From the NCBI GenBank assembly GCA_031256795.1, contig JAIRPW010000013.1, positions 21,039-85,038 of the forward strand: a DNA stretch of 64,000 nt, given 5' to 3'. The translations under genes were made by a program, and so were the position numbers. Each line of letters opens with the position of its first letter. Within the stretch, counting starts at the first letter, position 1. The notes under the pieces are model-generated. The model saw nothing but the letters and a program-made list of their open reading frames with translations. It was not told the DNA's origin and did not search any database. Source of the stretch: Zoogloeaceae bacterium. GTDB lineage: Bacteria > Pseudomonadota > Gammaproteobacteria > Burkholderiales > Rhodocyclaceae. Below are positions 41,739 through 50,841 of this stretch, piece by piece.

Positions 41739-41857
41739 TTTTGTCTCCTGTGTAAAATTGGACGGACCAAGGATAGATGGCTAGTCTCCTGCATTGTAAC
41801 GCCCGTGTTGAATCTGAATGTGATTTTTTTACAATTGCCGTGGAAAAACCGTAAAAC

Positions 41858-42550
41858 TTATAACATAGACAACGTTACGTAAGATGTTGGGTCTGGGATT
41901 CCAGCGCGCAAAAAACCTTCGCGGCGTAAGCGACAAGCGTCACAAAGTCCGCATGCCTTGCCTGCTTCATCCGCCTGGTAGCAGGAAACGGCGATTTGAT
42001 AGTCTATGCCAAGTTCATACCCCTTACGGATAATATCTGCCTTGGAAAGGTGCAGAAGCGGCGCGTGAATGGTAATTTTTTTGCCCTCAACGCCTGCTTT
42101 GGTGGCCAAGTTGGCCAGACGTTCAAAAGCCGCGATATATTCAGGGCGGCAATCTGGGTAACCAGAGTAGTCAACGGCATTGACGCCGATAAAAATATCC
42201 CGGCAGTCCAGAGTTTCCGCCCAGGCCAGCGCGAAAGAAAGCAAGATGGTGTTGCGGGCGGGAACGTAAGTAGAAGGAATGCCTGCGCTTAAACCGTCTA
42301 TGGGTACGGAAAGCGCGCTGTCTGTGAGCGCGGAACCGCCGAACTGCGCGACGTCAATCACGAGAATTTTGTGTTGTGCCGCGCCATTTTTCATCGCGAT
42401 TTGCCTTGCGGCAGAAAGCTCAGCGCGATGCCGCTGCCCATAATCAAACGACAGGCAATGGAGGGAAAATCCGCTTTTCCGGGCAAGCGCGAGGCAGGTG
42501 GCGGAATCAAGGCCGCCGGAAAGCAAAATCACCGCTTTTTTCTGGCTCAT
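41858..42550 (-). CDS. queC: 7-cyano-7-deazaguanine synthase
   Basis: [26 protein letters not shown]...CGLCDAC. Confidence 0.95.
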   Translation of the reverse strand: MSQKKAVILLSGGLDSATCLALARKSGFSLHCLSFDYGQRHRAELSAARQIAMKNGAAQHKILVIDVAQFGGSALTDSALSVPIDGLSAGIPSTYVPARNTILLSFALAWAETLDCRDIFIGVNAVDYSGYPDCRPEYIAAFERLANLATKAGVEGKKITIHAPLLHLSKADIIRKGYELGIDYQIAVSCYQADEAGKACGLCDACRLRREGFLRAGIPDPTSYVTLSML

Positions 42551-42942
42551 ACGGAACGTTCCAGAGACTCAAATTCACGGAACAGCGCGGACTCGTCGCC
42601 AAGATTAAGTTCAACAACGCGGCGCAGCTGGGTAATGCTGTCCAGGTCAATTTCAGTACATTTCAAGCCAATATCCTGTCCGTTAACATGCGCGACTTCC
42701 ATCTGCATGAGAATTCCGGAGAATTCTTCCTCGTTTCCACTTTCTACTTCCCCGGAAAGATCAAGCGCAAGAGAGCAGGCCATACCGGGTTTTATGGAGG
42801 CGGCAGGCTCTGTGATTTGCACCAGAGCGCCCTGTAAGGAAATATCCAAAACTCGCGCGGCAAAGAGAGTTCCTTCCTGCAAACTTAATTCAGCCAGAGT
42901 ATCAAACTGAATGCGGGTAAAGCGGCGGCGATTGTTTTCCAT
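42547..42942 (-). CDS. Stand-alone PilZ-domain c-di-GMP receptor
   Basis: RRRFTRI (RxxxR) and DISLQG (DxSxxG); [11 protein letters not shown] tail. Confidence 0.85.
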   Translation of the reverse strand: MENNRRRFTRIQFDTLAELSLQEGTLFAARVLDISLQGALVQITEPAASIKPGMACSLALDLSGEVESGNEEEFSGILMQMEVAHVNGQDIGLKCTEIDLDSITQLRRVVELNLGDESALFREFESLERSV

Positions 42943-42992
42943 ATTGTCCTCGAATCATGCGAATGGATTTTGCGCGGCGTTTGGGGAGGGAA

Positions 42993-43652
42993 TTATTTTC
43001 CGCGCATGTTACCCCATAGTACTTTGTGCAGTTGTATTTGCAGACGGGCAGACAGCCCGTCGGCCAGAATCCACTCTGCCAGCGTGCGGGCGTCCTGTCC
43101 GGGTTCTGCCGGGGAGAACCAAACCGGGCAGCGCCGGACAAGCGCCGGATAATCATGCAGAACCGCGCGCGCCCATTCGTAATCCGCGCGGTCGGCGATA
43201 ATGATTTTGACTTCGTCCTGGCTGTTGAGCGAGTCCAGATTTTCCCAGAGGTTTTTGTCCGCTTCTCCAGAAGAGGGCGGCTTTATATCCACGATGCGGG
43301 AAACGCGGGGATCAACCGCGTGAATAGGCAGGGCGCCGGATGTTTCCAGCGCCACTTCATAGCCCGCGTCCGCGAGCGAGGTCATCAAGGGAAAAGCGCT
43401 TTTTTGCGCGAGAGGCTCCCCGCCAGTCAGGCAAACCTGCCGGGTAGGATAAGGGCGGAGAGCGGCGAGAATTGCCTCAATGGACATGGGAGCGCCCCCA
43501 GTAAAAGCGTATGCGCTGTCACACCAACGGCAACGTAAAGGGCAGCCGGTCAACCGAATAAAGGCGGTCGGCTTGCCCATGCGAGAGGCTTCGCCCTGAA
43601 GCGAGAAAAAAATCTCGCTGACCTTGAGCGGCAAAACGCACATGCTGAACAA
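42993..43652 (-). CDS. queE: 7-carboxy-7-deazaguanine synthase (radical SAM)
   Basis: SEIFFSLQGE, GCPLRCRWCD, TGGEP, QLHKVLW. Confidence 0.93.
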   Translation of the reverse strand: MFSMCVLPLKVSEIFFSLQGEASRMGKPTAFIRLTGCPLRCRWCDSAYAFTGGAPMSIEAILAALRPYPTRQVCLTGGEPLAQKSAFPLMTSLADAGYEVALETSGALPIHAVDPRVSRIVDIKPPSSGEADKNLWENLDSLNSQDEVKIIIADRADYEWARAVLHDYPALVRRCPVWFSPAEPGQDARTLAEWILADGLSARLQIQLHKVLWGNMRGK

Positions 43653-43679
43653 TACGGGAGAGGTATACGGAAGACGCCG

Positions 43680-44447
43680 TTACTGACCGGCCAAACGCTT
43701 TTTAGCTTCTTTGGCCGCTTCTGAGGCGGGATATTTTTCCATAACTGTAGAAAGCGTTTTCCGGGCGGCGGCGGCATTGCCTAATTTTTGCTGACAGCTT
43801 GCGGCGGCAAGCAGGGCGTCTGGCGCGCGCGGCGCGTCTGGCCAGTTGCGCGCGACCGTCAATTGCGCGTCAATCGCCTCTTTGCATTTTCCTTGCGCAT
43901 ACCAGCTGTTTCCCAGCCAATACTGGGCGCTGGCGGCAATTTCGCTGTCTGGATAATCACGCGCGAGAATAGCGAAAGCCGCGCCGGCCTCCTTGTATTT
44001 TTGTTCCTTAAATTGCTGAATCGCCGCATCGTAGGCGCGGCCTATGGCGGAAAAATCCGCAGCGGAAATTGGTTTGGCGGGAAGAATGCCGTCTTTATCG
44101 TCGGCAGGCGCGCCAGAAGCGCCAGACGGATTCTCAAAACGCGCCAGACGGCTGTCCAGATCAAGATACAAATCCTGCTGACGTTTCTGCGCCTGGGCGT
44201 TTTCGTAGTGCAGTGTTTCAATTTCACCGCGCAGACGGGCGATTTCTTCCTTGAGTCCGATAATTTGGGTAGCCAATTCCAACTGCGCATTGCTCAAGGC
44301 GGAAATTTTCTGCTCGTAATCCTGTTTTATGGCGGTAATTTGCGCGCGCGCTTCATTGTCGTCAAAAAGCCCTGCCCGCGCGGGCAGGGGAAGGAAAACA
44401 AGCGCAAAAAAGCAGGCGGCAAGAACCGGAAAAACGGCGCGCGACAT
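43680..44447 (-). CDS. cpoB: Tol-Pal system protein CpoB/YbgF
   Basis: Signal peptide, coiled coil, TPRs (AQYWLGNSWY, APDALL); follows pal. Confidence 0.9.
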   Translation of the reverse strand: MSRAVFPVLAACFFALVFLPLPARAGLFDDNEARAQITAIKQDYEQKISALSNAQLELATQIIGLKEEIARLRGEIETLHYENAQAQKRQQDLYLDLDSRLARFENPSGASGAPADDKDGILPAKPISAADFSAIGRAYDAAIQQFKEQKYKEAGAAFAILARDYPDSEIAASAQYWLGNSWYAQGKCKEAIDAQLTVARNWPDAPRAPDALLAAASCQQKLGNAAAARKTLSTVMEKYPASEAAKEAKKRLAGQ

Positions 44448-44986
44448 CAAAATTCTCCAGAATACAAAAGGTCGGCGCGGCGATTTTCCGCCCAAGCGGC
44501 TTCATCGTGGCCTTCCGCGCGGGGCTTTTCCTCTCCCAGACTGACGGCCTCGATCTGGGATTCCTGCGCGCCCAGAAGCATCAGCATTTGCTTGACCGCT
44601 TCCGCGCGTTTTTGCCCCAAAGAAAGGTTATATTCGCGGCTGCCCCGCTCATCGGTGTTGCCCTGAATCAGGGTTTTGAATTGCGGGTTGGCGATGAGGA
44701 ACCGGGCGTGCGCGGTAACAAGCTCGCGGTATTCCTCCGCAATGTCGTAGCGGTCAAGCGCGAAGTAAATGCTGCGCCGTGAAAGCGGGCTGGAAGGGTC
44801 GGTCAGCGCCGAGGGCAATGTGGAAGAATTTATGCCGGAAGTCTCAATGGGCGCGATCTGCGCGCGGTCTTCCACAGGCGCTCCGGAAGTTTCAGCGGGC
44901 GCGCCGGTCGTTCCGCATCCAGATAAAAGGAAGAGGGAAAACGCGGCGGAAAGAAAGAAAAACAAAAAACGGGAAAATTTTTTCAT
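44447..44986 (-). CDS. pal: Peptidoglycan-associated lipoprotein
   Basis: Lipobox LSGC; GNTDERGSREYNLSLGQKRA; ENRRA. Confidence 0.95.
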   Translation of the reverse strand: MKKFSRFLFFFLSAAFSLFLLSGCGTTGAPAETSGAPVEDRAQIAPIETSGINSSTLPSALTDPSSPLSRRSIYFALDRYDIAEEYRELVTAHARFLIANPQFKTLIQGNTDERGSREYNLSLGQKRAEAVKQMLMLLGAQESQIEAVSLGEEKPRAEGHDEAAWAENRRADLLYSGEF

Positions 44987-45015
44987 CGTAAATACTCCGA
45001 AAATGGAGGGAAAAA

Positions 45016-46329
45016 CTAACGCGGGAAAGGGCTCCAGGCAGGCTCGCGCACGTCGCCCGCCGGAACGGAAAGCCGCTGGCGCACGCGCCCGTCAATGGAG
45101 ACGACGGAAAGCGTTCCGCGCCCGCCCATTTCCGTAGCCAGCACGATCATACGGCTGTTGGGCGCGAAGCTGGGGGATTCATCCTTACTGGAATCCGAGA
45201 GAATCTGTGTTTGGCGGCTGGCGAGATCCATGACTGCCAGACGGAAAGCGCCGTCTTGCCGGGTGATAAAGGCCAGGTTTTTCCCGTCCGGAGAAAGCGA
45301 CGGGGAGACGTTGTAATTTCCGGTGAAGGTGATGCGTTCCGCCATGCCGCCCTGCGCGGCGACACGGTAAATCTGCGGACTGCCGCCCCGGTCGGAGGTG
45401 AAGTAAATAAAAGCGTCGTCCGCAGAAAACTGCGGTTCAGTATCAATACCGGCGGAGTTGGAAAGGCGCGTCAGCCCGCCGCCATTCGCGTTGATCAGAT
45501 AAATTTGCGAATGCCCGTCGCGGGAGAGTACCAGCGCGATCCGGGTTCCGTCTGGCGACCAGGCGGGCGCGGAGTTGGAGCCTTTGAAATTGGCGAGCAC
45601 CTGTCGGGTTCCGGTGAGCAGGGAGTGTGAAAAGATGATCGGTTTTTTGTTTTCAAAGGAAACGTAAGCGATCCGGGTTCCGTCTGGCGACCAGGCGGGC
45701 GAAATGACGGGTTCGGAGGAAATCAGCGCGGTTTGCGCGTTATGGCCGTCGGCGTCGGCGATTTGCAGATGATAGCGTCCGGCTGTTTTCAGAACATACG
45801 CGATGCGCGTGGAAAATACGCCGCGCTCGCCGGTCAGCGTTTCATAAATGGTATCCGCGACGCGGTGTCCGGCGGCGCGAAGATGCGCGACGTCTGTCAA
45901 AAAGGCCGCGCCGGTAAGAGGCGCTTGGCGGGTGACGTCGTAAAGGCGAAAGCGGGCTTCAATTCGTCCAGAGGCGAGCGAAAGACTGCCGCCCGCAAAA
46001 GCGTCCGCGCCGCGTTCTTTCCACAGGGCATACTCAACCGGGGAGGATTCATCGGAGCGGACGCCTTCCGCGTTCACGACGCGAAAAAGGCCGCTTTGTT
46101 CCAGATCGCGGCGCGCGACGTCGGCGAGCGCCGCCCCTTGTTCAGCGCTTCCAGAAAGGACGCTGAAATCGGCGATGGCGACAGGAATTTGCCGCGCGCC
46201 CGATCCGGTGACTTCAATGGAAAGCTGTGCCTGAGCGGCGGGCGTCAGAAGGAGGATTCCCGCGCCCAGCCACAGCGGCGCGGCGCGAAGGAGGCGGAGA
46301 GCGGAAAAGACGGCGGCAAAACGGAGCAT
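45016..46329 (-). CDS. tolB: Tol-Pal beta-propeller protein TolB
   Basis: STRIAYV, PAWSPDG repeats, EPAWSP C-terminus. Confidence 0.95.
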   Translation of the reverse strand: MLRFAAVFSALRLLRAAPLWLGAGILLLTPAAQAQLSIEVTGSGARQIPVAIADFSVLSGSAEQGAALADVARRDLEQSGLFRVVNAEGVRSDESSPVEYALWKERGADAFAGGSLSLASGRIEARFRLYDVTRQAPLTGAAFLTDVAHLRAAGHRVADTIYETLTGERGVFSTRIAYVLKTAGRYHLQIADADGHNAQTALISSEPVISPAWSPDGTRIAYVSFENKKPIIFSHSLLTGTRQVLANFKGSNSAPAWSPDGTRIALVLSRDGHSQIYLINANGGGLTRLSNSAGIDTEPQFSADDAFIYFTSDRGGSPQIYRVAAQGGMAERITFTGNYNVSPSLSPDGKNLAFITRQDGAFRLAVMDLASRQTQILSDSSKDESPSFAPNSRMIVLATEMGGRGTLSVVSIDGRVRQRLSVPAGDVREPAWSPFPR

Positions 46330-46450
46330 GTAAGGGGCAAGCGGAGAAAAATATGGAATGGCAAATTATATATGATGCGAAATTCAGCTACGCTTACGTT
46401 GAATGCCGGATACGCTAAAATTTCCGCCGTGTGCAAAGGAGAGTATCCGC

Positions 46451-46789
46451 ATGGTAAAAATTTATGGCATAAAAAATTGCGGCACGGTGAAAAAAGCGTT
46501 GCGCTGGCTGGAGGAGGCAGGATGCGAGTATGAGTTCATTGCATACAAAAACGCGGCGGTGCTGGACGCAAGGCTGAAGGAATGGCTGATTCGGGCGGGC
46601 TGGCAAACGCTTCTAAATACGCGCGGTCTGACGTGGAAAAAACTTGAGGCGGCGGAGCGCGAAAAACTTGACGCGGAAAAAGCCGAACAACTCATGCGTC
46701 GCTATCCGACGCTGATCAAGCGTCCGATTCTGGAAAGGGACGGAGAGATTATCGTCGGCTTTGACGCGGAACGGTACGCGGGAAAATGA
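46451..46789 (+). CDS. ArsC/Spx/MgsR (YffB-like) family protein
   Basis: IYGIKNCGTVKKA, LLNTRGLTWKKL, PTLIKRPIL. Confidence 0.88.
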   Translation: MVKIYGIKNCGTVKKALRWLEEAGCEYEFIAYKNAAVLDARLKEWLIRAGWQTLLNTRGLTWKKLEAAEREKLDAEKAEQLMRRYPTLIKRPILERDGEIIVGFDAERYAGK

Positions 46790-47733
46790 TCATGCGGGAT
46801 GACGGCGTAACCCGGTTTTTGTTTCCGCGCCTTGATATTCGCGGCGCGGCCGCGCGGCTTTCCGGTACCTGGCAAAAAATGCAAAGCGGGCATGATTATC
46901 CGCCCGCCATTACGCGCTTGCTGGGCGAGCTTTCCGTAACGGCAGCCTTGATTGCCGCGCAGCTGAAAACGCCGGGGCGCTTGACGTTGCAGCTGCGCGG
47001 CACAGGATTGGTTTCTCTATTGCTGGCGGATTGTCTGCCCGCCGAGGCGGAAAATGGGACAGAAAGCCAGACATGTCTGGCTTTGCGCGGAATCGCGCGT
47101 TTCGAGGCTTTGCCGGAAAACGCGGGGCAGACACGGCTTTTGGGCGTAAAAAAACGCGGCGGGGCGGAGGGACAACTGACGCTCACGCTGGATTTGCCGG
47201 AATCCAGACTGCCCTATCAAAGCGTTGTGCCGCTGACGGGCGAGACGCTCGCGGAGATTTTTACGCATTACCTCGCGCAGTCTGAGCAGCAGGAGGCGCG
47301 GCTCTTTCTCGCGGCGGACGCGCAAAACGCCGCCGCGCTCTTTCTGCAAAAAATGCCGGACGCGGATCAGAAAGACGCGGATGGCTGGACGCGCTTGACA
47401 AGCCTCGCGGCAACCGCGCGTCCGGAGGAATTACTGCGCCTTGTCCCGGAAGAATTGCTGCGCCGTCTTTTCCCGGAAGATAGCGCGGCGCGGGAAGACG
47501 CGCACGGCGGCGAACCCGGATTGCTTCTTTTCCCCGCGCGGCCTGTGGGTTGGCATAACCCGGACAACCGGGAAAAACTCGCGGCGCTGATTCGTTCCTG
47601 GGGGCGAAAAGAAGCGGAGACTATGCTCGCGGAACAGGGAGGAGAAATCGTGATACGCGATGAAATCGGCGCGCGCGCGTATCGCTTTGACCGCGCCGCC
47701 GTCGAGGAAATTTTCCGCGTTACGGTTCAGTAG
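46786..47733 (+). CDS. hslO: Hsp33 family chaperone lacking the C-terminal Zn/redox cysteines
   Basis: LDIRGAAARL, GRLTLQLRG, YQSVVPL, HYLAQSEQ, LFLQKMP. Confidence 0.82.
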   Translation: MIMRDDGVTRFLFPRLDIRGAAARLSGTWQKMQSGHDYPPAITRLLGELSVTAALIAAQLKTPGRLTLQLRGTGLVSLLLADCLPAEAENGTESQTCLALRGIARFEALPENAGQTRLLGVKKRGGAEGQLTLTLDLPESRLPYQSVVPLTGETLAEIFTHYLAQSEQQEARLFLAADAQNAAALFLQKMPDADQKDADGWTRLTSLAATARPEELLRLVPEELLRRLFPEDSAAREDAHGGEPGLLLFPARPVGWHNPDNREKLAALIRSWGRKEAETMLAEQGGEIVIRDEIGARAYRFDRAAVEEIFRVTVQ

Positions 47734-47748
47734 CCGCGCTTTGGCGCG

Positions 47749-48372
47749 TCATTGGGACGCCGATGATCGTAGCGCGCGGATTGCGGCTTTGATTACCGCA
47801 ATCGCGGACGCCAGAAATATGCCCGCGATGATCATGCCGACAAGGATGTCCGGCCAGCGCGAAGTCAAAAGAAAACCGGCGGCCGCCGCGAACAGCACGC
47901 CCAGGTTGGCGAATAAATCATTGCGGGAGCATAGCCATGTCGAACTCATGTTCAGATTGTCGCTCCGGTGGCGGTAAAGCAGAGCGAAACAGACGACATT
48001 GGCGGCAAGCGCCAGACTGCCAATCACGCCCATTGTTTCCACAACGGGCGTCACAGGGTTGAATATTTTCAAGACGGCCTCCGCCAAAACACCAAGGCCA
48101 AACAACAGCATAAAAACGCCTTTGGCCGCCGCCGCTCCGGCTTGCCAGCGCGCGGAACGGTCTAGCGCAAAGAGGCTGAAGCCGTAAACGAGAGAATCCC
48201 CCAGCATATCCAGGGCGTCCGCCAGAAGGCTGGTTGAGTGGGCAAGAAGACCGGCGGCGCCTTCAATAAAAAACATGGCGGCGTTGATTGCAAGCACAAT
48301 CCACAGCACGCGCGCATGCGAACCGCGCAGCGCGGCAATTTCACAGCTTTTATTTTCGCAGCAGCTCGCCAT
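47749..48372 (-). CDS. Short cation diffusion facilitator (CDF) metal efflux protein
   Basis: SLLADALDMLGD, STWLCSRND, WPDILVG; Cys-rich N-terminus MASCCENKSC; no cytoplasmic CTD. Confidence 0.82.
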   Translation of the reverse strand: MASCCENKSCEIAALRGSHARVLWIVLAINAAMFFIEGAAGLLAHSTSLLADALDMLGDSLVYGFSLFALDRSARWQAGAAAAKGVFMLLFGLGVLAEAVLKIFNPVTPVVETMGVIGSLALAANVVCFALLYRHRSDNLNMSSTWLCSRNDLFANLGVLFAAAAGFLLTSRWPDILVGMIIAGIFLASAIAVIKAAIRALRSSASQ

Positions 48373-48429
48373 AATTTGCGTTTCCCGGATTTGCCCAATG
48401 CGCAAAATTTTCCGCGCCTATTTTCCGGC

Positions 48430-48485
48430 TGGCGGAAGCGGTGAGATTCGAACTCACGGACCATTGCTGATCGGCGGTTTTCAAG
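48430..48485 (-). pseudogene. 3' half of the original (split) tRNA-Ser(UGA)
   Basis: Minus strand: CTTGAAAACCGCCGATCAGCAATGGTCCGTGAGTTCGAATCTCACCGCTTCCGCCA (anticodon loop to CCA). Confidence 0.9.
48477..48485. repeat. 9-bp att core, copy 1
   Basis: GTTTTCAAG (+), identical to 50833-50841; equals tRNA anticodon-loop sequence CTTGAAAAC. Confidence 0.85.
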
Positions 48486-48681
48486 TAATTCATAGGTTGA
48501 CTTTACCCTGCTTTTAGTGGCTTGGGTACTTGGGGCGCAATGCTACGTAGCCGATGGCGGTTTGCGCGCCTGCGGGCAGGGAACGGGTAAGGCTGAATTT
48601 GGCGGGCTTGCCGGCTAACCGGCTGCTGCCCTTGTGGTTAGGTCGGTTCAGCTGGCAAGGCATAAGCCCAGCGTAAGAAAG

Positions 48682-49533
48682 TCAGACGGGACGGAACAGC
48701 GTAGCGGGCGAAATCTTGGCCTGAAGCGTGGCAATGATCTGCTCCAGTTCGATGCGCGCCTCGGCTTGCAGGCCAAGGCATGTAGCAATGCCATCCGCAT
48801 CCGTGCTTAGCCGAGAAGCCATTGTCAGGCGGAAGTTTCCATCGTCAGCACGCGCCATCCGATAGGAATGGAGGTGCATCGAGTCACCGACAGCCGCAGG
48901 ATTCTTGACATGGTCGAACTTGAATTCCTTCGTCATGTAGGCGAGGAACTTGTCTTGCACCACGAGGACGAGCTTTCGATTGACGTGCTCGAACGTCTGC
49001 ACCTTGTGGTGCATCTGGACGAGGATCGTCTTTGCGGTCATCTTCCAGTTCATGCCAAAGGACTTATCGGACTCTTCGCCGTTGTCTCCGCGCGCGACTC
49101 CCAGCTCTTTCAGCAGGCGTTGACGTTCGGGCCATACAGTGCCCGTCGTGTCGAGCGTTTGCAGTTCGATACCCACAAAGTCCCGAACCTTGCCTTCCTT
49201 CGCAGACACGAGCACATAGTCGATGCTTCCGCCGGGCACCGTGACCTCGGACACCAAGTGCAGCTCGTTCCCCGGTTCATGGCTGGTCAGCAGGTGCAAG
49301 CAGTCCGTGAAGATTTGCCCGTGCTGAATAAGGCGCGTGGGGCAGATGATGATCGGCTCTGGCTCCCGGCCATAGAGAACCGTACAGGAGCCAATCGAAA
49401 TCTCGGGATTGGACTTCCGAACTTTGTAGCAGCGCTTGCCAAGGAAGGGGCACTGCTGTTTCCCGATTACCCCCTGCCAGTCAATACCCGGCGCGTCGGC
49501 GGCTTTGCCGAACAGTTCGACAACTTTGCTCAT
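48682..49533 (-). CDS. NotI-family type II restriction endonuclease
   Basis: Cys4 pattern CPF..C..GSC..ICP and IDYVL...GIELQTLDTTG core as in the NotI family; ATG overlaps the MTase TGA. Confidence 0.75.
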   Translation of the reverse strand: MSKVVELFGKAADAPGIDWQGVIGKQQCPFLGKRCYKVRKSNPEISIGSCTVLYGREPEPIIICPTRLIQHGQIFTDCLHLLTSHEPGNELHLVSEVTVPGGSIDYVLVSAKEGKVRDFVGIELQTLDTTGTVWPERQRLLKELGVARGDNGEESDKSFGMNWKMTAKTILVQMHHKVQTFEHVNRKLVLVVQDKFLAYMTKEFKFDHVKNPAAVGDSMHLHSYRMARADDGNFRLTMASRLSTDADGIATCLGLQAEARIELEQIIATLQAKISPATLFRPV

Positions 49534-50696
49534 AGAAGACCATCGCACCTTTCTTGCGAGAGTTCGAGATAGTGGCGCGATATGTCGATGCCCACTGACT
49601 TGAGGCCAAGATTACGGGCAACAAGCAGAGTTGTGCCAGTCCCGCAGAAGGGGTCAAGCACTATGCCGCCGGGCGGGCATGTGGCAAGGAGAGGTCTTCG
49701 ACAAAGATCTAGAGGATACGGGGCGAAGTGCGCGCCGCGTCGCTGCGTGTCCTCGGGAATGATGTCCCACACGTCACCCGGCTTACTGCCGTTGGGGTGG
49801 TACTTGAGGAAGTAAAAGCCCTTGTCTCGAAGCTCTTTCGCTCGACCTGAAACCTTCTCACTATCCGAATGCGTGGCGCGTTGCTGACCACGAATAATCA
49901 TGCGGAAATCCGAGACGTTGCCCGCTGCCACGTCGGCAAGCATGCGGTCAAGCGCAGCGAAGGCAGCCTTCTTCTCGTTCTCGTCGAGGGCCGTGGAAAG
50001 CTCAAGCTGCCTCTTGTAGCGGACGCCGGAAACGCCAGTAGCTGAAATGACTGCGCCGTTGACGACTTTCGCCTCGCGCGGTTTCGACCGAATAGCGTCA
50101 GCGTTGTAGTAGTACCCCTTCGGCTGCTTCACGAAGTGAAAGAGATTCTCGTGGACGTTGGCTAGGCGATCTTTGCTGTTGTCCATGCCGCCCTTCAACT
50201 TGTTCCAGACGATGCTATTCCGCATCGTCCAGCCTTGGACGTCAGTCAACTCGAAAGCAATCCTCCACGGAATCCCGAGCAAGCTCTTGCCGTTGTAGGT
50301 GTCGCCGATATTGAGCCAGAACGACCCCGTAGGCTTTAGAACCCGCTTCAGCTCCAAGAAGATGGCAGCCAAGTCCTTTACGAAGTCCCGGTAGTCGGCC
50401 TCAAGGCCGATGCCCCCGTTCTCGTACTCACGCTTCCCCCAATACGGCGGGGAAGTCATGGCGAAGTCGATGCACTCGTCTGGTAGGGACTTGAGAACGG
50501 CGAGCGCATCGCCGTTGAGCAGCAGCGGGCGCAGCGCTGCTTCCCGCTGGTAGGCAGCGAATGCGCGCCCGTAGTCCTTCGAGACGATATGTGGTGACGA
50601 CTGGTCGCTATCGCTTACGGTCTGCTTACGGTGGGTTGCGCCGCTCACTGCCTCGATGCTCCCGTCAATCACTGAAATCCTCTCGTTTTGCAGCAC
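49530..50696 (-). CDS. Beta-class amino (probably N4-cytosine) DNA methyltransferase
   Basis: NGDALAVL, TSPPY, NIGD, HFAPYP, DPFCGTGTT; catalytic motif precedes the SAM motif. Exact start uncertain. Confidence 0.9.
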   Translation of the reverse strand: MLQNERISVIDGSIEAVSGATHRKQTVSDSDQSSPHIVSKDYGRAFAAYQREAALRPLLLNGDALAVLKSLPDECIDFAMTSPPYWGKREYENGGIGLEADYRDFVKDLAAIFLELKRVLKPTGSFWLNIGDTYNGKSLLGIPWRIAFELTDVQGWTMRNSIVWNKLKGGMDNSKDRLANVHENLFHFVKQPKGYYYNADAIRSKPREAKVVNGAVISATGVSGVRYKRQLELSTALDENEKKAAFAALDRMLADVAAGNVSDFRMIIRGQQRATHSDSEKVSGRAKELRDKGFYFLKYHPNGSKPGDVWDIIPEDTQRRGAHFAPYPLDLCRRPLLATCPPGGIVLDPFCGTGTTLLVARNLGLKSVGIDISRHYLELSQERCDGLL

Positions 50697-50737
50697 TCCC
50701 TAGCGACGTGGAATCTCGCGTAAGTGCTTGTTTTTAC

Positions 50738-50825
50738 TGGCGGAAGCGGTGAGATTCGAACTCACGAACGGTTGCCCGTTGCCGGTTTTCAAGACCGGTG
50801 CAATCGACCACTCTGCCACGCTTCC
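50738..50825 (-). tRNA. tRNA-Ser(UGA), complete, carried by the cassette
   Basis: GGAAGCG TG GCA GAGTGGTCGAT TGC A CCGGT CTTGAAA ACCGG CAACGGGCAACCGTTC GTGAG TTCGAAT CTCAC CGCTTCC GCCA: 88 nt, long variable arm, G73, encoded CCA. Confidence 0.95.
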
Positions 50826-50832
50826 TACAACT

Positions 50833-50841
50833 GTTTTCAAG
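50833..50841. repeat. 9-bp att core, copy 2
   Basis: GTTTTCAAG (+). Confidence 0.85.

Larger units (their letters stand above)
48486..50841 (-). mobile_element. Integrase-less ~2.36-kb cassette inserted in the tRNA-Ser anticodon loop: replacement tRNA + R-M system
   Basis: Bounded by the 9-bp direct repeat. Removing it in silico rebuilds an 88-nt cloverleaf. Oligonucleotide style differs from the host (fewer A/T runs and CGCG tracts). Confidence 0.85.

Noticed and set aside
48486-48681. Possible integrase remnant or ~49-aa ORF (MPCQLNRP...KYPSH) at the cassette end
   Set aside because: No R-H-R-Y or other recombinase motif, and no RBS or coding signal.
48430-50825. Ordinary attL/attR island model (intact tRNA = host 5' part + element 3' part)
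   Set aside because: The distal 3' fragment's anticodon strand ACCGC pairs with the orphan upstream half (GCGGT), not with the intact tRNA's CCGGT, so the two fragments are one split gene.
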